A DNA stretch of 57,510 nucleotides, from IMG/VR virus record IMGVR_UViG_3300035698_011381; one strand, given 5' to 3'. The notes beneath the pieces were generated by a model. That model was not told the origin of the DNA, ran no database searches, and saw nothing but the letters and a program-made list of their open reading frames with translations. Positions within the stretch are counted from its first letter, which is position 1. The number at the start of each line of letters is the position of its first letter. This DNA is from a virus. Position numbers and translations under genes: made by a program. Positions 51,459-57,510 of the stretch are shown piece after piece.

Positions 51459-54143
51459 ATGAAAACGAATACACCTATCAGCACACCCGCCGAAACACTC
51501 GACCTATCAGAAACCACGTACCCCGGCCAGCGTACCCGCCCCGCCGAAGATGTAGAAAATACCGAGATTCTTAAATGGGCAAGCGAAGCCGGGCCGCGAC
51601 AGACTGCCGACGTAAAAAAAGCCTTCGGTAAGGTACTCGGGGCCGGAAGCGGCACGCGGGTCCTGTCCTCGTGGCCCGACGGCTCAGAACATGAGAGCGT
51701 ACAGTATATCATGGGATGCCCGACCGACGAGGAACAGACACACAAAAACAAACAGACTGACGCGCTCAATGTTTTACACGCGGCGCACGGCGGGAAAATC
51801 ACGCGGGAAAATTGCCGCGCCCTCATAGCCGCCGCGCTAGAACTAATCCCAACCCTTAGAGACTGCCAACCGGTACGCGACGAGCGCAAGAGCATAGAGC
51901 AACACGCGACGGAAGCCGAAGAGCGGAAAGCCGCGCAGGAAAAGAGGGAAGAAAAACAGGCAGAAGAAAAAGCGAAAAAATGGGCGGAAGAGGAGACCGC
52001 CGCGCTTGATTACCCCTACCTTTCCCGCGTAGGGGGGAGCGGGGGCGGAAAAGATGCCGCTAAAAATATAAGACTGACCTTGAAAAAGGAGTTTCCCGGT
52101 ATTCGTTTCTCGGTAACTTCTGACTATTCTAGAGTTCAAATAAACTGGAACGACGGCCCGACCGCCGACCAAGTCGAAGCCTTCACAAATAACTTTAAAG
52201 AAGGACACTTTGACGGGATGACAGACAGTTACAACTACAACTCGACCGCGTTTAACGACGCTTTTGGGGGATGTCGATACATTTTCACGAGCCGAAACAC
52301 GCGGGAGCTTCTGCAGACTGTAAAAGCCGCACTTCCAGAAATGGGCAACCTCGACGACTGGGAAACGGAACAACATAAAAACCGGAAAGCGCGGGAGCTG
52401 ATTAGTAAAACAGACTTGACCGGAAAAGGTGCCTTTCTCGCAGTGATCGACCCCGAAGAGGGGACGGGGTGCCACGTTGTAGAGCTCGCGCTAAAGTTTG
52501 AAGAGACCACGGCACCCGCGACCGACGCCGCCCGTCAAACGCCCGCCACGGGGCCGGTGACTATCGAAGAGCACACACACACGAAAAAAGGCTTTCAGAT
52601 GTGGCTTGTGAGACTATCCGACCGCGTAGAGCGCGACGAGTTCCAAGCACTCAAAAGCACCGCGCAGGGGCTGGGGGGTTGGTACTCTCGCAAGTGGGGC
52701 ACGACCCCCGCAGGCTTCGCGTTTAAGACTCCCGAAGCCGCGCAGACTTTCGCGGACGGCATCGCGGGCACCGACCCCGAGCCGACGGGCACCGACGCGC
52801 CGCCGACAGACTCCAAAGCCGAAGCAATCCCAGCACCTTACAACGTCCAGAGTGCCGACTACACGCCCGAGGAGAAAGAAGTCAAAGCGAGAACCGTGGG
52901 ACAACTGCCGCACCCTCTACGCCTTCCGGCCCTCGCGGACATCGGGCGGGCTATCGGAACGGAAAAGGAAATAAAGTTCGGCTGGTGGCTGTCTATGAGT
53001 CTCGACCTCACACGGGGCGAAGAGGACGGGCACCCGCTCAAAGAGTACATGAGGACGACCGGCGACAATCTGCCGCTCTCGCTTCTCAACTGGAAGCCGG
53101 AGCCGGAGCCGGAGCCGGAACCCTACGGCACCGACCCGCACGAAACAACAGACTGCGACACGCCCCGCCCAAACTCAGCCGCTAACAGTGCCGAGAAGCT
53201 CCGCGCCATGGCCGACCGCCTGACTTCCCAGATCGAAGATAAAACCCGCGACATGACCCAGATCCCGACGCCCAAGCGCAATTTAGAATATAAGGCGCGG
53301 ATGATCGAAGGGCACCACCTCGAACGGGTACAGACTGCCGCGCGGGTTCTGGCCGACGGTCTCGAAGCGGGCACCCTCCCGCCTATCTTGCAGACCGTCC
53401 GAACGAAAAAGGACTTGCTCAAATACACGGAGACACGTTCCGACATGTCCGGGGGTTATTATTCCATTGTTGACACCGGCGAGTTTTCCGACACGTCACC
53501 GGCGGCGGTAGCGTTACTGACTCTCCTCAAAGAGGCCAGCGACCCCGAAGCGGAAGCGGCACGGAAAAAGGAGACTGAATTAAAGAATAAAATTCTGAAC
53601 CTCACGGGGCAGAAAATCCCCGGATTCTTCCCGACGCCGTGCGCCGTAGCGGAGAAAATGCTCGACGCCCTCGACATTCAAGAAGGGGAGACTGTTCTTG
53701 AGCCTTCCGCCGGTACCGGGAACCTAGCAGAACGAGCCCGAGACGCGGGAGGGGTCGTGACGTGTGTAGAAATACGCCCGAGCCTGTGCGAGATCCTAGA
53801 ACTAAAAGGGTTCATTACTTTCTGCGAAGATTTTACAAACCCCAACGGGGAAGATACTGGAATCTCTCGATTCGATAAAGCGATAATGAACCCGCCCTTT
53901 GAAAAGGGACAGGATGCCGACCACATCCGCGCCGCTTACCACTGCCTTAAAGACGGCGGACGGCTCGCGGCTATCGCTGGGGAAGGTATTTTCTTCCGCA
54001 CTGACTCGAAGGCTACCGCCTTCCGCGACTGGCTCGAAGAGGTAGGCGGCACGTCGGAACAACTCCCGGCGGGGTCGTTCCAAGGTACCGGCGAAGTATC
54101 CCAGACCGGTACAGATACGCGCCTCGTCATCATTACACGCTAA
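51459..54143 (+). CDS. Large polyvalent early protein with a C-terminal gamma-class N6-adenine DNA methyltransferase domain
   Basis: C-terminal motif I VLEPSAGTGNLA precedes motif IV IMNPPFEKG. The upstream modules include GIRFSVTSDYSRVQINWNDGPTADQVEAFTNNF and HTHTKKGFQMWLVRLSDRV...GGWYSRKWG, linked by EPEPEPEP. Confidence 0.75.
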   Translation: MKTNTPISTPAETLDLSETTYPGQRTRPAEDVENTEILKWASEAGPRQTADVKKAFGKVLGAGSGTRVLSSWPDGSEHESVQYIMGCPTDEEQTHKNKQTDALNVLHAAHGGKITRENCRALIAAALELIPTLRDCQPVRDERKSIEQHATEAEERKAAQEKREEKQAEEKAKKWAEEETAALDYPYLSRVGGSGGGKDAAKNIRLTLKKEFPGIRFSVTSDYSRVQINWNDGPTADQVEAFTNNFKEGHFDGMTDSYNYNSTAFNDAFGGCRYIFTSRNTRELLQTVKAALPEMGNLDDWETEQHKNRKARELISKTDLTGKGAFLAVIDPEEGTGCHVVELALKFEETTAPATDAARQTPATGPVTIEEHTHTKKGFQMWLVRLSDRVERDEFQALKSTAQGLGGWYSRKWGTTPAGFAFKTPEAAQTFADGIAGTDPEPTGTDAPPTDSKAEAIPAPYNVQSADYTPEEKEVKARTVGQLPHPLRLPALADIGRAIGTEKEIKFGWWLSMSLDLTRGEEDGHPLKEYMRTTGDNLPLSLLNWKPEPEPEPEPYGTDPHETTDCDTPRPNSAANSAEKLRAMADRLTSQIEDKTRDMTQIPTPKRNLEYKARMIEGHHLERVQTAARVLADGLEAGTLPPILQTVRTKKDLLKYTETRSDMSGGYYSIVDTGEFSDTSPAAVALLTLLKEASDPEAEAARKKETELKNKILNLTGQKIPGFFPTPCAVAEKMLDALDIQEGETVLEPSAGTGNLAERARDAGGVVTCVEIRPSLCEILELKGFITFCEDFTNPNGEDTGISRFDKAIMNPPFEKGQDADHIRAAYHCLKDGGRLAAIAGEGIFFRTDSKATAFRDWLEEVGGTSEQLPAGSFQGTGEVSQTGTDTRLVIITR

Positions 54144-54185
54144 CCCACTACCGCGCCGGGCGGACTCCCGGCAGAAAGCGGAACC

Positions 54186-54299
54186 ATGAAAGAAAAACTA
54201 ATTATGTTACTGCAAGTTGTAGCGGGCACGATAATCATAGCCGCGCTCGCGGGCTCTGTCGGCCCGATATATGACGCGGTGCAGGCGTTCATTAAATAA
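54186..54299 (+). CDS. 37-aa hydrophobic peptide
   Basis: GC hairpin plus a GGAACC-ATG-AAA leader. MKEKLIMLLQVVAGTIIIAALAGSVGPIYDAVQAFIK. Confidence 0.4.
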   Translation: MKEKLIMLLQVVAGTIIIAALAGSVGPIYDAVQAFIK

Positions 54300-54314
54300 A
54301 AGGAGACTGAAAAT

Positions 54315-54491
54315 ATGAACGTAAATTTAAAAGGGTTAGCGGCTGACGCGTGGTTCAACGAGATACCGCTTGACGATCCGTACGCCCCGTGCCCGTGCGG
54401 ATGCGGTAAGAAATGGAAGTTCATAAAGGCTGACTACGAAGAACACGAGGCCCGATTTATCAAGGCTTTTATCTTAAACGAAACCAAATAA
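54315..54491 (+). CDS. Small protein with a SEC-C-like metal-binding motif (58 aa)
   Basis: AAGGAGAC RBS; CPCGCGKKWKF. Confidence 0.5.
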   Translation: MNVNLKGLAADAWFNEIPLDDPYAPCPCGCGKKWKFIKADYEEHEARFIKAFILNETK

Positions 54492-54506
54492 AAGGAGACT
54501 GAAACC

Positions 54507-54665
54507 ATGGAAAAACCACCCGGAGTAATCATCGCACCCGTCCCCAAGGGGCACGCCCGAAGGAGACTGACCAGCTTTATAAGGCAGGCCGCGCTCCTCG
54601 GGCTACTCTTCGCCGTGGCGGGCACATTCGCCGCCGTCGCACTCAAAACGTTAATCAGTAAATAA
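54507..54665 (+). CDS. 52-aa membrane peptide
   Basis: AAGGAGAC RBS; LLGLLFAVAGTFAAVAL TM segment. Confidence 0.45.
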   Translation: MEKPPGVIIAPVPKGHARRRLTSFIRQAALLGLLFAVAGTFAAVALKTLISK

Positions 54666-54678
54666 GGAGACTGGAAAC

Positions 54679-55233
54679 ATGGAAAAAGTAACATTCAAAG
54701 AAGTACAAATCGGAGAAACCTACAGACTGCGTGCGGACGGCTGTTCCTACAAAAAGAACGGCCCCAACACGGGACTAATCCAAGGCAAGGCACGAGAAGA
54801 GGAGTACGGCGTCCGTCAATCGAAAGAGGTGTGCGTAAAGACACCAAGCGTCATCCACCTAAAGAAAACGAACTTCAGGCTTGTTTCCAACGGGGAAAAG
54901 TTCTGGACTCCGTTCGGCAATCACTTCAGACGATACACCAAGGGATCGCCCGACGAAGCACGCAACGACGCTACAGGCACGATCACACGTTTTGATGCCC
55001 ATAGAACAGTGCACGTTAGTCAGCTTCCTACAAAGGTCGTCGAGCTCCCCGCCCCGAAAAAGGTAAAGGAAAAGCCCGTCGTGACTGTGGCCTTTGAAGG
55101 CTTCCAGTTCCGGGAGGGCAAGGTAGGCGGCGAGACTATCGAAAACATCGAGACGTTGATTAAGACGCTCCAGAAAAAACGCCGACTGTACAAGCGGTTC
55201 GCCCTCCTGCACGGATGGATGCCCTACAAGTAA
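54679..55233 (+). CDS. Hypothetical protein
   Basis: AAGGAGAC RBS; 184 aa. Confidence 0.6.
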   Translation: MEKVTFKEVQIGETYRLRADGCSYKKNGPNTGLIQGKAREEEYGVRQSKEVCVKTPSVIHLKKTNFRLVSNGEKFWTPFGNHFRRYTKGSPDEARNDATGTITRFDAHRTVHVSQLPTKVVELPAPKKVKEKPVVTVAFEGFQFREGKVGGETIENIETLIKTLQKKRRLYKRFALLHGWMPYK

Positions 55234-55292
55234 ACGAATCAGAGGGAGAGGGGCGATCCCCTCCCTCGTAACCCTCCAAGGAGACACTGACC

Positions 55293-55445
55293 ATGAAAAA
55301 CTACCGACCCAACGACGACGAGCCCGCCCCGCACTTCGAGAAGATCAAAAGCCACAAGCACCAGCACGGGAAACACGAACGCCTGAACAAGGACACACGC
55401 GCCCGCAGACTCGAACGCATCCGAATTAAAGAGGACATACAATAA
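55293..55445 (+). CDS. 50-aa highly basic/His-rich peptide
   Basis: AAGGAGAC RBS. MKNYRPNDDEPAPHFEKIKSHKHQHGKHERLNK... Confidence 0.4.
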   Translation: MKNYRPNDDEPAPHFEKIKSHKHQHGKHERLNKDTRARRLERIRIKEDIQ

Positions 55446-55504
55446 GACCTTGACGTACAGAAAAATGTAAAGTAAAAGGGATAGGAAATTAGAGGAGACT
55501 GAAA

Positions 55505-55828
55505 ATGAAAAAGAAAACGTATTACGCGAACAACGGGGCCGTCGCGGAGGTAGAAACAACTGAAACAACGGAGACTGAAAAAGGGGAACCGATTAGCCAG
55601 AAAGTTTACGACGCCCTGCATGCCTTTTACAGGGTGGGCAACGCAGACCCTCGATACCTCTACCTCGGGTACTTAGAAGCCGAACAGTTAAGGGCGCACG
55701 TGGCGTTCGTACTACAGGAAGACGCCGCCTTCCTGAGCGGGGGGAAGTACGAGGGCATGGAAGTGATGTGCGTGAGCACCATCAGCCACTTGTCTATCGG
55801 CGGGGTAAAAGAGAAGGAGACTGCCTAA
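55505..55828 (+). CDS. Hypothetical protein
   Basis: GAGGAGAC RBS; 107 aa. Confidence 0.55.
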   Translation: MKKKTYYANNGAVAEVETTETTETEKGEPISQKVYDALHAFYRVGNADPRYLYLGYLEAEQLRAHVAFVLQEDAAFLSGGKYEGMEVMCVSTISHLSIGGVKEKETA

Positions 55829-56523
55829 TGAACAAGAAAAAAATACATGAATTATCGGAACGGCTGAAGGAGTTGAAGGAGAGCCACGCGTACTTAGAAT
55901 TTATGGCACCGTCTAAAGACATGTGCGTCGCCCTCTCTGCCCTTGAGAATAACATCATCACCACCACGAAGGAGCTGTATAAGGCTCAGGATGTGGACTA
56001 CTTCCCTACCGCTATCGAGGACGGCGGGGTCGTTATGTACTTATTGTTCCGTAAAGGGGGCTTAGAGCCCGTCGTCGCGCGACTCGACCCATCCGTCGCG
56101 GCAACCATCAAAGAGGCCAAAATCACGCTATTCGCGTCCTCTTCAGGGCGTTCGTGGTTCCTCGCCGCTAAGGAGACGGATGGAACGGTGTTCCGCGTAG
56201 CCCGTACGGTGAAAGGGATAACCGACCCCGACAAGATCGTACTTCCCAAAAACGAGGACGTGTTCGATTGCCGCCTTAAAAATCTCGAAGAAACCACACG
56301 CTCGGATGCGACTCGTAAGAGGGTAGACGAAAACGGCGATAGAGAGAACGGCATCCAGAAAGTCGGGGAGAAGTACCGCGTAAACGTGTACGTCCCCGAC
56401 CGGGGCTGTGCGGTGTACGGGGGGCTACACGGAGACATCAAGGACGCTCGGGAAGCTCGGGACGGTATTTTAGACAAGGAGAGAGCAGACCACCGACCAA
56501 AGAACAAAGGGAGAAACCAATGA
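55828..56523 (+). CDS. Putative DNA-binding protein with a C-terminal AP2-like domain
   Basis: TAATG coupling. GIQKVGEKYRVNVYVPDRGCAVYGGLHGDIKDAREARDGIL resembles the AP2 strand-strand-helix pattern. No HNH motif was seen. Confidence 0.4.
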   Translation: MNKKKIHELSERLKELKESHAYLEFMAPSKDMCVALSALENNIITTTKELYKAQDVDYFPTAIEDGGVVMYLLFRKGGLEPVVARLDPSVAATIKEAKITLFASSSGRSWFLAAKETDGTVFRVARTVKGITDPDKIVLPKNEDVFDCRLKNLEETTRSDATRKRVDENGDRENGIQKVGEKYRVNVYVPDRGCAVYGGLHGDIKDAREARDGILDKERADHRPKNKGRNQ

Positions 56524-56717
56524 GCGACAAAAAGACACCCAATAGCCTCGATGAACTGGTTAGCATGCCTGTTGTGAAAGTGAATCACGGCAAAGCATTC
56601 GGGAACAAAGATTGGTTCACCTATTACTGTGGATCGTGCAAAAAACAACTTGATTCAACTCACATGCGCAAACCTTGCTCTTGTGGCGTTGTTGCCGTGT
56701 GGAATGCTAACGTTTGA
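56520..56717 (+). CDS. Small zinc-ribbon protein
   Basis: ATGA coupling; YYCGSCKK...CSCG. Confidence 0.5.
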   Translation: MSDKKTPNSLDELVSMPVVKVNHGKAFGNKDWFTYYCGSCKKQLDSTHMRKPCSCGVVAVWNANV

Positions 56718-56741
56718 GTTGACTTTCCGAAGGAGGAAACT

Positions 56742-56927
56742 ATGAAAGAAAAAACGAGCGTTACTGAGGTAAAGTCCAATTCCTTGTTGGATTTGTGGAG
56801 TTGCCGAATCGAACAGTACCAAGTTAAAAGGAGAGATGCCTCTTCATCTTCTGTACAGCGTCAATACACAATCAGGATTCGTGAAATACAGAAGTGCATA
56901 TCGGAGCTGAACAAATACAACGCCTGA
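56742..56927 (+). CDS. Hypothetical protein
   Basis: GGAGG RBS; 61 aa. Confidence 0.5.
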   Translation: MKEKTSVTEVKSNSLLDLWSCRIEQYQVKRRDASSSSVQRQYTIRIREIQKCISELNKYNA

Positions 56928-56994
56928 AATGAGGGGCGGGTAATCCCGTACTCTCTATTTCTTTGTTCGATTCTTAATTACGGAGGAAATGAAA

Positions 56995-57510
56995 ATGAAA
57001 CTTATGCAAGGCGATTGCCTAGAACGAATGAAAGAAATTGAGAGTGGATCAGTTGACATGGTGCTAACCGACCCGCCCTACGGAACCACGGCCTGCAAAT
57101 GGGATTCTGTTATCCCGCTTGAGGCGATGTGGGAGCAGCTTAAGCGCGTTATCAAGCCGAACGGTGCTATAGTGATGACTGCGAGCCAGCCTTTTACGAC
57201 GACGCTAATCGCATCCAACATGAAGATGTTTAAGTATTGTTGGGTGTGGGAAAAAAGCAAGGGTTGCAACTTTACTCACGCCAAGAATATGCCTATTAAA
57301 TTCACAGAGGATGTCTGCGTGTTCTCGCCTGCGCCCATAGGGCATAAAGTTCAATTAAAAGAACGCAGAATGTCGTACAATCCGCAGGGGCTTGTTCGTG
57401 TCGATAAGAAATGGAGCAGACCAAGGAAATACGAGAACGGGCATAAACTCAAGCGAGATTCCCATAAGCTAGAACGAACCATTGAGTTTGAGAACTACCC
57501 CAGAAATCTA
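56995..57510 (+). CDS. DNA methyltransferase (beta-class N6A/N4C type), 5' part; continues at 2..418 across the circular junction
   Basis: GGAGG RBS 7 nt upstream of the ATG. Translation MKLMQGDCLERMKEIESGSVDMVLTDPPYG carries the DPPY catalytic motif. The frame is open to the window end and in phase with ORF 164..418. Confidence 0.85.
   Translation, partial: MKLMQGDCLERMKEIESGSVDMVLTDPPYGTTACKWDSVIPLEAMWEQLKRVIKPNGAIVMTASQPFTTTLIASNMKMFKYCWVWEKSKGCNFTHAKNMPIKFTEDVCVFSPAPIGHKVQLKERRMSYNPQGLVRVDKKWSRPRKYENGHKLKRDSHKLERTIEFENYPRNL
57384..57510. repeat. Second copy of the 127-bp terminal overlap
   Basis: Identical to 1..127. Confidence 0.95.

Overview
The window is one complete, circularly closed genome of a tailed dsDNA phage with a long non-contractile tail. 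The unit length is 57,383 bp. Positions 1..127 are identical to 57384..57510, and this overlap cuts through a DNA methyltransferase gene, so it looks like assembly closure rather than a biological end. There are two transcription blocks. The plus-strand early/replication block runs from about 46.8 kb, across the junction, to 16.4 kb. It holds about 25 small ORFs, a large polyvalent methyltransferase protein, a primase/SF3 helicase, a Cas4-like nuclease, an SNF2 helicase, a family A DNA polymerase and a RuvC-like resolvase. The minus-strand late block (45.6 kb down to 16.4 kb) holds lysis-like genes, the large terminase, a ClpP/S49 prohead protease, decoration and lambda-E-like capsid proteins, tail tube, frameshifted chaperone, tape measure, GTA-like distal tail proteins, a J-like fibre and the portal. 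The blocks diverge at a 1.2-kb repeat-dense non-coding region (45.64-46.82 kb). I found no integrase, repressor, CRISPR array or tRNA. The items most worth follow-up are: (1) a full-length phage-encoded tmRNA with an atypical tag; (2) a LAGLIDADG intein inside the terminase Walker A loop, followed directly by an intein-free, nuclease-less paralog of the terminase ATPase domain; (3) an iteron-like array in the divergent control region; (4) a portable intercistronic cassette, sometimes tandemly amplified, in front of most early ORFs; (5) an early 894-aa polyvalent protein ending in an N6-adenine methyltransferase domain; (6) a domain shared by two tail proteins, with near-identical DNA patches. 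All functional calls rest on motifs read by eye; no database search was run.
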